A stretch of 58,377 nucleotides of DNA, filler included, from Dimargaris cristalligena (GCA_003614675.1; 2 parts of 2 records of this genome joined end to end with filler, not necessarily neighbours in it), one strand, 5' to 3'. Numbered from the whole stretch's first letter, positions 1 to 13,218 are shown. Made by a program: numbers and translations. Notes: a model not told the origin generated them from the letters alone.

Positions 1-106
1 CCCATAGTACCAGGGGTGACTATGGGAGGGTTAATATGGTACTATAAGGCCTAATAAGGATGGGTGATTGTTAGATCTGGATTAAGTTAGATTAGGAGGG
101 CTAACA
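1..106 (-). mobile_element. LTR fragment (5' end of a reverse-oriented LTR, truncated by the window edge)
   Basis: Reverse complement begins TGTTAGCCCTCCTAATCT and aligns without gaps to 2883-2988; differences are mostly transitions. Confidence 0.85.
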
Positions 107-246
107 CCATTGTTCCCACATCTTGCCCACCCATATAACATTGTTTCTTAAATTTTACTAGCTGCTTAATAGCCCAGCTGTTAGTATCTGCCCCTCACAT
201 TTGATTTTTTAAATAGCCTCATTTAAAATATCCAGCTTACTCAATC

Positions 247-2126
247 ATGAAGTCCCTTTGGGTTTGCATGATAATCCTCAGCTGGGTTTCCATTAGCCTA
301 TCCCTTACTCTTCAGGTACTGAGTATTCATGCGGCACCCAGCCAGGCTCAAAGTATCTACAGTGCCCTCAAAAATCTCAATGTCAGAGTTCCCTAAGATG
401 GCTATTCAACCAGTTCTACAAGTGAACTCTAATTGGGCCCCACCCCCAACCCAGTGGTTGCCACTTCTGGCCAGCCAGACCAGATGTCCCAGATGCCCAA
501 GGAAATTCTCAAGCAGATCACTACTCTTACTTACCCACTGGCATACACTTCCCTCTTGCTTACTTCCAAGAGACTGAGCAATTTAGTATCCAGTCTCTCC
601 TTTGAGACCCCCAAGGTAAATGTCTGGACTTATTCTTGTTTTTATTTGACCAATGAGAGATAATGCATGGATGTCAGTCAGTATATCAGTTAGTACTCAT
701 TGAAAATATACTGAGTGTATCAATGTCTGAATTGTTATAGCTATAGCATATCCATACTATACATATACTAATACACTTGCCTGGGCCTATATTGTTGCAC
801 CAAAGATGAGTTATCATCCAACCTGTAAGAAATGTGACAAGACAATTTAGTAGTCTCAGAGGAATCTAACCAACTATTATTTTAAACTTCTACCTACCAT
901 GGACACTGTTGCTCACCTCATACTCTTATACACTTGGCCCATCAAATATAACTAGGATGAGAACTCTTCTCTGGCTGATACTCACCGGGCTGTTGAACTA
1001 TGGCAGTGTTTTCTTTCCAATCAGATATTTAGCAGTCTCTACTACTGTGCCCACAATGATTGGAAATCAGTGGCTCAATGGTTCCATTCTGTGATTGATA
1101 GGGACAGTACCCAAATCAATCTCAACAGCCTGCATTGCTACCATGCTTATTTTAAAAAAAAAATAGGCTGAGCCTATGTTCCAGCCTGACACCTGGTGGG
1201 TGGTGAATCCTGCCAACTTGTTGCATGCAATGTTAGAAGCCCAGTTACCCCTTCTGGCCCTCATTAATGACCAACCCAATGGTAAGCAGCTCTTTAGTGT
1301 GTTCCACTGCCTAGTAGCCCATGTCGACCCTCCACCCATCTTCAAAGGCCTGTCAGACCCTGAAAAGCAGTGTTTCACATGGATCTTAGAGGAAGAGCTC
1401 CCTTCCCAACCCAGAAAGGACTGGGAACTCCCCACCCAGTTCTGGGAGAATTTGGTGAACAATGGCATCCTCATTATCATGGCCTGACTGAGTATGACCC
1501 AGAAATTCGACTGGCTCATTGATTTCATTGACAAAGTGGGACCCTGGTATGATGCCAACTTGACCACCAGGGAATACTCCTGGCCTATTATTTTAGAGTT
1601 CACCCATTTCACAATCATCTTGGCTGCTGTGGCCTGCAATAAGTTAGCAATCATTGATCTCCTCTGATTTTATGAATCACGTGATCATCCCTCTGAATCA
1701 GAAGACCATCCCCAAATTGATCTGTGCTGCGTGGCCCATCACATGGCCAGTATGAAACTACCCAGAGCCTCTGACTATCTAGGATCACTCAGGAGATGTC
1801 CTTCACACAGTGTCCCCAGGATGTTACTACCCAGGCAACTGGGTAGTATTCCCTGTGTGAATCAGCTTGTAATTATGGAAGAAAACTAAATGGGGGTGAT
1901 GGTGTTAAAGTCCAACTTTAATGCACAGGAAATGACCCAGATAAGGTCAATGGGCCTTCCGAAATACAACAACCCTAACTTCACCCTTTTTGGGGTTGAT
2001 TTGGGCACTGAAAGATGGGCCCAGATTGAAAATCTTTTGCAGACTGAAGGCTAAGTCGAAGACAGCATCACTACTTCAGTATCTGCTGCCCATCTGCTAC
2101 AAAAGGGTAACAAATTAGACATTTAG
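247..2126 (+). pseudogene. Pseudogene of a secreted F-box-like protein, paralog of 49370-51149
   Basis: ATG247 starts a hydrophobic leader (MKSLWVCMIILSWVSISLSLTL). F-box-like QMPKEILKQITTL..LLLTSKRL is followed by a GT donor at 616. In-frame stops at 394 and 430 (TAA), 1485 and 1665 (TGA), 1887 and 2052 (TAA). Probable frameshift in the A10 run at 1154-1163. Blocks such as EFTHFTIILAAVACNKLAI resemble DFARLVITMAAIKQNRPTI of the intact copy. Confidence 0.7.
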
Positions 2127-2882
2127 AATATAGTTAGGAATTGGGTATATATAATATACCCAACTTTTAGTTGATCCTAAATTTTATCTGAGCTTTGAAT
2201 GCATCTTTGGAAGCAAGGACATTCTACTTATGGAACAATAAAATTGTATTGCATAAGTACTTGGGTGTGTGGCCTTAAAATTGGTACTCTGTCATAAAAT
2301 TGTCTGAAGTAAGTACTCTTCACTCTGAATAAATTTAGAACACTGGAAAAGTTCAGGGTTGGATGCCTGTAATTTAATGAATAGGGGTAAAATTTGGCTC
2401 TGCTGTATATAAATTTAAATGATATGCATATGGAAAACTAAATGGTTTATTCACCTTTAGCCAATAGTAGTTGCCTCATCTAGTGGATTTTTCATGGTAC
2501 AGCCTGGTTGAACCTCTCCCATTTCCACATACAACCAACCTTGCCCCTGTGTTAGATTTTCACTATATTTAGGTCAACTTAAGTTATTATTACCAGTATG
2601 GCCAATTATATATAAACCATTTTCCACTTAAAATGGGTTCTATACATCAATTAAAAAGTGATTTGAGTAATCCTAAGTAAAAAAACAAACATTTTTTTTA
2701 AACTGTCTTTGATGTAGGCTCGATTGGCTGGCTGTGATGACATTGCCCATCACTACAGACTCCCTCCCTATATTTCATACATTCACTAGTTTCATGGATT
2801 TCTTAAAACCTCACCTTTATTACACATCAGTAGGTCACTTTGTTCTCACTACTATGTATGATTTATATATTTCAATAATGCA

Positions 2883-3467
2883 TATTAGCCCTCCTAATCT
2901 ATTTTAATCCAGACTTAATGATCACCTATCCTTATTAGGCCTTATAGTGCCATATTAACCCTCCCATAGTCACCCCTGGTACTATGGGGTCATCATTTAT
3001 TATATAACCCTACCCATTTGATCCCAATACTTCACACCCCAAATACTCAACTTGCTGATCCAAGACTCTTCCAGTTCTCATAAGAGTCTTCCTAATGTGA
3101 AGCCATCTGGTTGGATTCTTTACCTATCCATACCTTAGTCTTAGTAGTATTTCCCTTGGGACCTCCCTCTGGAGCTGTCCTCACATATATATAACTAGGC
3201 CCTCCTGGGATTGGTTCAAGCCTTAGCTTATTCATATCCCCTAGTTTACCTCAATAAACTCTATATATGCTCACCCCCCCCCCTTATACTGACTAGTAAG
3301 TGTGCCTGCTGCACATCCCTGACATTTACCTGCATTTATCCTTTATTAGTTAGTACTATGCCTATCCTAACACTAGTAGCCCATTTAGCCAAGTCTAAGC
3401 CCCACCTACCATTAGAAGCCTATCCTCAGGACTCTTGACAGACTAAGAGTGGTTAACCCAGGTGACA
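2883..3467 (+). mobile_element. Solo LTR (~585 bp)
   Basis: TA(TG)TTAGCC...GGTGACA termini, an internal TATA-like box (~3186) and AATAAA (~3253). Homologous to five other copies in the window. No gag/pol follows. Confidence 0.85.
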
Positions 3468-5110
3468 AATGGGTAGGTTATAATTAAAGGCTGACTGATC
3501 TTATTTATATGTTACCATTCAATTGCTGTAGTACCCTATGGCTCTATTATTAATATTTTGTTGGGAGGGGATTTGGAAAAGGGGAGGGGCCTAAAGTGGA
3601 AAATAGACATAGATGGGTGAATGAATACCCGAATAATCCCAGCTGGTATCTTATTAAATAAAAGCGCTGATACTCGCTCTGCCTAGATCCCTGGAGGCTT
3701 CGCCGGTGCAATCTGCGAAGGCCGGATTTGGAAATAACGTAATACAGATTTAAATGTAGAGCGAACCCTGCTGCTTTAAGGGTCACACCATTGTGGGACA
3801 GTTACCACTTGTAAACCAATCGACATTCACTGTTTTTGCTAGCACCGATTATGCACTCACACTAGTGCTTCACTTGGACAATGGCTCTCCCCTATCCCCG
3901 GCAGGGTGGGCCATTCCTCAAATATAGGATGGCCTTTCGGTGATCTGTACACCCTATGTCTTGCCCCCCCTCCTTTTTTTTTCACCCAACTTGCAATTTT
4001 TTCCGACTATCGGACATTCTTGTCATGGTATTTATCGGTCCAGTACACCTTCGAAAAGCGCAGTTAAGTAATATATGTTGGAGATACTAGAGATATATAT
4101 ATAAAACAGAGTGAGGGGGAAAATAGGCTGGATGACGACAGATGCCTCTAAGTAGTTCGTTTTTTTTTCAATGGTGTAGTTGGTAGGGGGCAATTTAAGT
4201 GGTTAAAATGAGAGGACAAAGAATGCCTAAATAAACTAGCATAATTGGTCATATACGGGATATGGTAATAGACCCGTCAGGACATATTTTTACACGATAT
4301 CTCTATCTCATGGGGGACGTGAAGTTTGGTGCTATTCTCGCCAAGTGAATGATTATGGATAGGGGATCAGTGTAAGTATGGGGAGCAGGCGACTCAACAA
4401 TATACATTTAGATGAGAAATAAACAGGAGGAGAAGTAGACGTAAAGGAGGTGCATACCAAATAATATCAGGGAGCCGACTTTAGATTCCTGGGGAGATGG
4501 AATGGTTGAAGGGAGGGTGATTTAAGTCAATGGTGGCAGCCCAATTCTCATAATCGACGATAGACACTTCGACGAGCGCTGTGTGTGGGCTATTATGATG
4601 GGTGATATGTATTTAGTTTCTGCAACCCACTTGTTTAACCAGGTATTGATTCGCCCTATTATCGCCAGCAATATAATACACGCCTTAGTCCGGCATATAT
4701 CACCCTGTCTAGGTCGTATAGCCGCGTGGTGGCGGTTTATTGATATTTACACTGGTTGATTCGCTAGTTTGATACGTAATCTAACTTAAGTTCGAGTCAG
4801 CAGAAATTCTAATAGTAGGTTAGGGCTAAGATTTGTGAATAAATGTATTTGTATACGGAAAGGTTTTCGAGAAACTGTTATGATTTTTAACAAATCAAGT
4901 GCGATAATACAAAAATAATAAGGGGGAGGGGAGGGTATATCTGTAAAAATACGTAGGCTGTGACAAAAAAATGCGATGGCCGTGATTGGATTTTACGGTG
5001 ACTGAGCGGGCGGAAGGCCAGCCTGAGCAAGACCATGGCAGATGGGGGACTACCCTAATCGATGAACCTGTTTACTGAGTCCGGCGTTTTTACTAGTCGA
5101 TGGTTCATAT

Positions 5111-8100
5111 CTAAATTGTTATTACGAAGTTGCTTGGAAATTGCCCGGTTCTACCGCGCACAGTGCCTGGTGTAGTGTAAATGGATAGAACCTCGTGTGG
5201 GATGGTTAATGCAACGCTTTGGCTATTTGGTGCATGGTGCACTAAATTTAAGGCATTGTATAATATAAATCCCCTTTTGATTTTGCAATGTCCCTTTTCG
5301 TATCAACAGTCTTTAAATATGCATACACTTCGAAGGTCTCAACTTTCCGACCATATGACTAAGGGAATTGAAATGGTATATATAACAACCACCCGCTTCG
5401 TGCATGAAAACCTACGACTATTGACCAGATATTAGGATGAAAAAACTTGTAACCTACCTTCCATCCAACCATCGCTCACAAACGCGTTAGTGACCGTAAT
5501 TTCATCATTGGCCTTTAGGGACAGTTCCTTCGCATCGCGTGCCTCAAAATCGTACAGGGCCTTCACTTTATGGGGGCTAATCGCGGGGGTGTGCATGTTC
5601 ATTCGGGCCGGCAGGGCCGTATTAATCGGCGCGACGGCGGGCATCAATTCGATATAGTTGGAGGGCACTATCCCCCGCTTACCGTTGAATTCAACCTCGG
5701 CCCACCCCGTACCGTCGTCCAACGGGTTCTGGGGGTCAGCCGACACGAGCGTGAAAATAGCCCCCTTTTGGAAGGCCATATCGCGGCCTCCGGGTGAAGT
5801 GGGAGTGTAGTCGTAGAGGGCCCGGGCCTTGCGGGATCTCCCCGGTTGGGTGGTGATGGTTCGGGTGGTTGTAGTGGTGGTGACCCGCGCGGGGGTGGTG
5901 GATGGTGGTTGGGTAACACCTCCCCCTCCAGCCAACGGGGGCAAAGGAATGGTTGGAATGGCATCGGTGGGTACTATGTCCCCCTTCCATTGGGAACTGC
6001 CCGACCGCGAACGCCGTTGGGCTTCCCCAGCTGCGGCCGAGGCTGCCGCTGCAAAAGCATTCCCGTTAATGGCCGGGGTAGTCATGGATGAAGCCGAAGA
6101 CGACGGCGGTGGCGGCGGTGGTTTACGACGGGACAATGGTTTTTCCCCAGCTGAACTAGGATGGTAGGGTGGAGGGGGCGTGGGCTGGGCAATAGAATTT
6201 TGGTTGGCCGGAATTAACGAGGGAATGGCCGCGGTAGTTGATTGACCGGCGGGAGAGTCGTTCCACAGGGATTCGTCCGTTTGGGGATCTAAAGAAGAGG
6301 ACGCAAACCTGCGGGTCGGCGGACCATTCCCATTATTGAGAAGACCAGGGGTCCCGATACCCAGGCCTACTTGAACCACCGAACTCGAGGACGAATTAGA
6401 AGAGGCCGTTTTACCCACCGCCACGGACCGGATCAGCGACCGACGACGGCGGAGCGCGGCGACCGAGCCGGGGCAATCGATGGGTACTTTGAACAAACAT
6501 TTCTTGTGGACATTATACCCGCACACGGCGCAGCTTTGGTCGTTTTTACCCATCACACTCCACAGTTTGCCGTGACAGTAGTCACAGCTAGTCGGAATAG
6601 CGAACGTATGGGGTCTAAACTTGTGGGCATCTTCGGCCTCATCCCCCAGCCCCATAGTACCCGTGGCCTGGGCCATACTGTCAGCTTCAGTCTGGTGCAT
6701 CTGCTGCTTCCAATCCAGGGTCATAAGGTCGTGGCTCATGTCCAAGTATTTGTCGAACAAGTCGTGCCACGGCCCCACGGGATCTTTGGGGTCGGCGGCT
6801 AACATAGATTTTTCCACTTCACCAAAAGGGACCCGGAGTTGCTCCAGGGAGGACTGGAATTCGGACGCTTCGTCCAACTCGCGACTCTGCCAGTTGGCGA
6901 GGAACGTACGGGTATCCTCGTTCACAACGTATTCCCCGCGATCGCTGCTGTGGACAACCGGCACGAACTGGAAATCGAGCGGTTCGGTCCAGGACTCCGG
7001 GTTGCGTGTAATAAAATGAGTCGAGTCGCCGACCGGGTCAATCAGCCGCACCGCCGTGTTCAGTTCGGCCATGTGACCGTGCAGCTTCTGGATAGACTCG
7101 TTTTGCAACTCGATCCAGCGGGTCCAGATAGTGCGGGCCGATAGAATACGCGAGTGGTTGAGCTCTTGGAGTTGCTAGTGATGATGATTACAACGGAAAT
7201 GGGGATAGATAGTCAAATAGTCGGTTAATATAGATATAAAAGGAAACTATGCAACTGTTAGAATCAATCAAACATAGAAATTAGGCCAGACAGTTCTCAA
7301 ATGCCTACCCTATTCTAGTTTGAAGATAAGCTGATGGGCTAGTTGATAATCCAATCACTAAAACTTACGTTCATCAGACAGGGGATGTCCTTGTGGAAAT
7401 AGGTCTTCTTCATTGCATTTGAGGTATCGACCGAGGCAATGTATAAGTTCTGTAGGTTGTTTTTCTCAATCAGCAGCTTTTCGTACTGGCGTCGGGCCTA
7501 TATATTTACAAGGAACGTAAAGATTGTGGGTGATAAATGTGCTCATTTGTATTAGTAAACAATACATTATTACAGTTAGAATCCAGATCCCCCAAATCGA
7601 ATATAGAATGGTAGCTATCGATCAGCAATTTCAACCCGGGTTACCTTGTCGTGGCTCTTGTCCGCAACGGATCGCTCGTATTTAGATTGCAGAGCCTGGG
7701 TCTGACTTGCAATGTCAGTGTATTTGGATTGTCTCTGATGCCAGTGAAAATAAATAGTATGCGATTGATCTCAAGGTTAGATATTTCGGGCATAGAGTAG
7801 GAGATTTGTAGCGTAGATGGTATCACATGACCACTAGTCATCCAAGTAAATATACGCAATTCAAAATTATCTTGGATAGAGTATGGTAGGAGTCATTCGC
7901 AACTTACCTTGTCTTTTTCGGAATATACCTGGTCGCGGAGTTCGAGCAATTGCTGGCAGTAGGCCATATGCTGTCATTGTCACAATAATTTACATATACA
8001 ACCAATGTGATTCAAAATATTAGGACAGATCACCACAGTGATTTTAACATCAACTAATTCGGCACATGAACGTTTCATAACACGAATAAGGTTTTATCAA

Positions 8101-8913
8101 CTCATTTGGTAGCATATACGGGTGGAAGAGTAGGGGGCTATACTATACCTTCTTTCTGGCTTCTTCCTTTTTCTGGCCCAGAAGACGAGCAGGCTCGGCC
8201 AACTCATTTTGGATATTCTCGGCCAGTACCAAGTGCTCTTGCGAAATCATACCCGTGATCTGCAGTAGCTGATTCCACGCCTTTACATAAGATCTAAGAG
8301 TTGGGAGAGCGGGATATAGAAGTAGGGGCCATAGTATTCAAAAATAAGCGCAGGTCCATAAAAAGAATAGAAGTAAAGGAGTATAATTTCAGTATGGGTT
8401 ATTTTGGTGGGGGTCGCGACTTACGAGCTATCGGATTCGGCATTGAAATCGACTAGGGGCCCTGCGGCGGCTGATCCGTTACCCTCTTTGTTGGCGGCAC
8501 TGCCTACCGACATGGAGGTGAGTTTCTTATCCTTGAGCTTTTGGTACTTTTTAACCATACTTTCCAGTTTGAGGCCATAGTCCTTTTCCAGCGAGGTCCA
8601 GTCGCGCATAAATTCCCGCAAATCATTGACGGAACTATTGCCGGCCTGCACCAACTCGTTGATGGTGCCGAGTTGGTTTGGCTACATAGGTTTAGTATCA
8701 ATTTATATTATTAAAAAAAACGGATAATATAAAGGATTATTAGATGGTGCCAACTATTGTTTAACGTTCTACCACATAACTACATTTCTAACATCGCCCC
8801 ATGCAATATGTACTGCGCAACCGAACGAGCTTTCTTAAGGGTGTTCTTACTCATATGTATATGCAAGTCCAATTTCTATATTCACGTACCTTTAAATGGG
8901 AGCCAAAGTCCAT
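5111..8913 (-). CDS. BZZ1: Bzz1-like F-BAR, C1 zinc finger, double SH3 protein (endocytic actin regulator)
   Basis: Eight exons, approximately 8913-8890, 8681-8425, 8293-8149, 7970-7908, 7734-7645, 7497-7369, 7174-5458 and 5166-5111, all GT-AG. MDFGSHLK start; F-BAR (LEKDYGLKLE); C1 motif HKF..CDYC..CAVC..HKKC; two SH3 domains (ALYDY..GIVPSNY; ALYDF..GQFPSNF). Confidence 0.9.
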
Positions 8914-10344
8914 ATCACCAGCTTACTTATATATAGGGCAAGACCAAGCCAGGAGTACTATAAATTTGGACGTAGAGAATAGCCACTGGGCGGGTATATT
9001 GGACAATCAAACTAGAAATATGCTAGTGGCGGGTCAGGCTAGTGATTATTTACCCTGAGTTAGCAAGGAATCGGATATAAAATCAAGAACGTCGGATAAT
9101 ATAATGAGTAAACTACAAGTGGTGAAGAGAGAAAACGAGAAAGAGAAGAAGGGGTCTCTGCCAATACTGATGGACCCGGTTTGAGAAGATAAGCAGATAC
9201 AATAAAATATCGGGGAGTCAGCGCCACAGCGTGGGGGGGGTAGCCCATCAGGAATGTGGGGTGTGGGGGTCTTGCCCAACATCCCCTTAAATGATAGTCA
9301 CCGGGTTACCGACCCATCGGATTTGAGTCCGGGTATCCAGGTGAAACCAATCAAAACCTGAATGCGGCACCAAATAGTACAATAGTATCTCATTAAAACT
9401 GATTGGAACGGCGTATATTATTATCTACTCGCAGGACTAACTAGGGCGACCTGATCCATTGAGAGGATAGGGAGGGTAATTTGAAACTGGCCATTTCTGA
9501 TATAGTATTTTTATTATTATTTTAATAACCCACCCCTTCTTTGCTTGATGAAACCTGTACTAAGTGAAACTTAGAGTGTATCTCAGAAGGGGTACTATTA
9601 TAAAATATGAGAACGCATCACTAAATAGGCCAAATCTGACCAAGGGATCCATAATGGGGATTGGCCAAATAGCGGATGCCGTGAAAACAAGTGAAATAAG
9701 AATTAGGTATCGTAATCGACTTTAGCCTAGACATATAGTAGTAACTAGTTTAAATTTTTATTGAGAACTCTTTTTTTTTCAAATCCTGGTCAGTATAGCA
9801 CTGAACTTTGAGCTGGGGTTATTCAGTGCAAATCATCGATCCTGATGACCAGGGATGAATTGTTAACTTCGGTTGAGTAAAATTAATGACATATAACCCT
9901 CTAAAACTCACCAAATCAACGAACTATAATTAAAGTGTCGCGGGTCTGGATTGGGGAAAGATGGAAGTCAAGCCCAAAAGCCCCAATGGTAAAACGGAAA
10001 ATAGCCAAACTAAATACCAAATACACCCATCAATCATAAATTTTTCAGACATCTGGAGCCCATATACAACCGTGGAAAAATTAGTAAGAAGACGTAGATC
10101 AACTAAAAAGGCGATTTATATATAGGCGTAGGTATATATATATAAATGTATGTATAAGTGTATGTATATTATATTATACGAAAATAAGATGGCAACCACC
10201 ATGAAACAGGTTACTGATGAGCAGGTTAAAAAGCTGAAGGGGATAGCAAATAGAGGAAAGAGGCCTCCGCTGAAGATCAATTACAATGTATAAAGAACTG
10301 GGGCCGAGGAATCCAGACAAGTATCTGATAAAAAGGCGCTTATC

Positions 10345-11565
10345 TTACTGAGCCTTCTTCTCAACTGGTGGGTAAGGGATAGTGAGGCACTTGATGTTGA
10401 GGTAGGTGCAGAAGCGGTCAATGACAAAGAGGGACCAGTGGATGTAGGCGACGGAGGCAAAGACGAAGCTGCCCCACAGGAAGTAGAGTTCGTAGGTGGG
10501 GGTAAGGATGGGGGCCAGGCCCAGCCAACGGGGCACATTGGTCAGGGCGGCCCCGATGAGGACGGGGAAGATTTGCACGGTAAACCAGGGGAACGCGGAC
10601 TGCGTGACGTGGGCCAGGATAATTTTAGTGGCGATTCGACCAAAGGCAATACCGGCGGTAAGGATGAAGAGGGCCACGTGCTGATCGGCGAAGATGGAGG
10701 AGTCGGGGGAAGCGAGCCACAGGTAGGCGCTCCCCAGGAACAGGACCATGGGCAGGAGTTCGCCCAGCGTGCGGAAGTAGCTGATTTGCTTGCGGCGGCA
10801 GGCGCGGAACACGGCCAGGAGGCAGTAAGGGGCGTGGGTAAAAATGGCCCCGGCTAGCAGCAGGAACATACAACAGTCCACGACCTTGTAGTCGGCGGGT
10901 AAGAAGTCCGGGGCCCAGGCGCCTAGAGCCGCGCGGGCATTGAGCTGGTAGATTCCGGGGCCGTAGAGGCCGGAACAAAACATGGCGGTGCATGCCAGGA
11001 TGAGACCTTCGGTGGGGCCGTTGATTATGCCCAAAAAGAGCACGCCGGTGTGGTACTCCTCCCAAGTCGACAGGTAGAAGGTCAGAGAGGTGTTGAAGAC
11101 AATGCCCACGGTTAGCCACGAGTGGCCCATGCCCATGGCCGCGGCCTGGAGCAACCCCCCGATGGAGCAGTTGAGGGCATCACATCCGTGGTCAAAGAGC
11201 TCGCCGAGGGGCGACGACGTTCCCGTACGACGGGCCTGTTTGCCATCCACGTTGTCAAAGGTGGAGTATAGCCATAGGCCGAGGGCGGACGAAAAGTAGA
11301 GCCAGGTTGGGGCGGGACCCACAAGGTCCGGGGTGTAGTAGAGGAACAGAGCCAAGTTCACCACTACGAAGCCAAGGCCCACTAAGGTGATAAGGTTGGG
11401 AGCCATCCATAGGGGGAATAGGGTCACGCACCAGTTCCAGTAGTGGCGAAGGATGTAATGGGTGGTGTAGGACAGATCAACGGCTTGGTAGCGGTAGAAC
11501 TTGAGGTTGGCCAGGGCCTCCTCGCTGACGACCGACGAGCCCGAGGTGAATCGGGACAAGAACAT
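10345..11565 (-). CDS. EPT1: Choline/ethanolamine phosphotransferase (CDP-alcohol phosphatidyltransferase, EPT1/CPT1 family)
   Basis: Single 406-aa ORF with motif DNVDGKQARRTGTSSPLGELFDHGCD, multiple TM segments and a C-terminal KKAQ (KKxx ER retrieval). EPT1 versus CPT1 specificity cannot be resolved. Confidence 0.93.
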   Translation of the reverse strand: MFLSRFTSGSSVVSEEALANLKFYRYQAVDLSYTTHYILRHYWNWCVTLFPLWMAPNLITLVGLGFVVVNLALFLYYTPDLVGPAPTWLYFSSALGLWLYSTFDNVDGKQARRTGTSSPLGELFDHGCDALNCSIGGLLQAAAMGMGHSWLTVGIVFNTSLTFYLSTWEEYHTGVLFLGIINGPTEGLILACTAMFCSGLYGPGIYQLNARAALGAWAPDFLPADYKVVDCCMFLLLAGAIFTHAPYCLLAVFRACRRKQISYFRTLGELLPMVLFLGSAYLWLASPDSSIFADQHVALFILTAGIAFGRIATKIILAHVTQSAFPWFTVQIFPVLIGAALTNVPRWLGLAPILTPTYELYFLWGSFVFASVAYIHWSLFVIDRFCTYLNIKCLTIPYPPVEKKAQ

Positions 11566-13218
11566 GGCGAGAAAAGGGGCAACACGTAGTGAATACTAGG
11601 GATGTGTGGGTTGGGGAATAGCACCCAGGGGACTACTACTATTAAGGCACTCGGGGAGATGGAAGAACACTCGAACAAACGAGGGAATGCACAAGCCAAG
11701 GGAGAAGAAGTTAAGAGAGAAGGAAGGAACACCCTGAGTAGAGGCGGTTTCACTAGTCAGCAGCATACAACATACAATAAACACGCTTCAGTAGCATCTT
11801 TTCAGAGCCGGCTGTAGAAGGAATACATAGAAGAGTAGGCTAGGCTGAAATAGTAATCTATAATCTCGAGGGGCGTCTCCCCGACCCTAGGAACTGGCCA
11901 GGGTCGTACAGTTCCAACCTATTTTCCTCGCCCCGTGTGCTCTCTCTCGACCGCCGCCCGGAAGAAGATGACGCGGTCTTGTACCCCGGATATAATACCT
12001 TAGTGTAACAACAATCCTTTTATAACAAAACAACCCCTCCCTAGTCTCCTGCCCCTCCCACAGTGCCATGGAAGGAAGAAACACCTCGCCCATTGCCTGC
12101 CACCCACAAAGATCATGTGCGGAGGAACTGACCCGGGAACCCTGACTCAATCCCAGCATATTACCCTGACCCTCGGGCAAAATGGCCCCTCATCTTCTCG
12201 GTCGCGGTATTCCTTGCCCAAACCCGCTTAGATTGGAAAAATTAACAGACCTTTAGAAGAAATATTTCATTAGAGATGCTGCTTAACTGCACGGGCGGGG
12301 TAGTTCTGTAATATTTCTCGGGGTTAAGGGGTGGTGGAGATCAGCTATTTCCAGCTAGCTGTGGTTGATTATTTCGCACCCATTATTGACGGGTGAAACA
12401 TCACATACGCTTAACAATGCCCCACCCCCTTCCTCTCCTCCATAACTGTACCGCACTTGGCCGTTATCGAGGTGTTAATTCCCACCGTAGTTGCTTCACC
12501 ATAGTACCTTCACCGTTTTCGATTCATCATCAGATGTGGCTAAAGCACCGGAGATTTCTCCACTTGGCAGTTTCCAATCTACGGGTAGAGGGCCTCTTTG
12601 GCAGTACATACCTGTAATTTGGGGATATCTAGGACTGGCTGGATCAGCGAAGCTGTACCTTAGGCATGATAATAAGAGGAGGATCCCCACCTACCGTCAA
12701 TTCAACCCCCCTACATTGAATTCGCCCAGGAGAATGGCCTGGTGGAGATTAGGGAGTATGGGTTGGTGTGATTTACTTAGCAGGAGAGAATTATATTACC
12801 CACGAGGGAGTCGATTTCCTTCACTCTGAAGGAGAGAATGGCACACAGTAAAGTAGAGAGAGAACTGGTTGGGGACTGCTTCGTAGCTGCGGGTGAAAGG
12901 AATGGGGCAATTAGTTCCCCACCGATCAGAATTAGCGTACCATGATTCATGTGACGAGCGCAATTAAGTCTAACAACTTATTGGCTTTTCTGTAGCTCAC
13001 TAGGCATCTGTGGCCATTATATAGTATTATTAGCAAGGGTGAGGGAAGTTAAGTTGTATGCGTAGTAGAGCTGGTTCCATCATCTCCGTCTCTTGGATCT
13101 CCCGCTTTATAACTCCGCCCCACCAGATTTACCACGTCCTTCTTCCTCCCTTCTTTACATTTCTTTTTCGTTTTCCCCTTCGCCTCCAAGCATCCCATCC
13201 CCACCGCTGTTTAGAAGC

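Noticed and set aside
1067-1654. 195-aa minus-strand ORF
   Set aside because: Antisense to the pseudogene frame that carries the family similarity; no recognisable motif.
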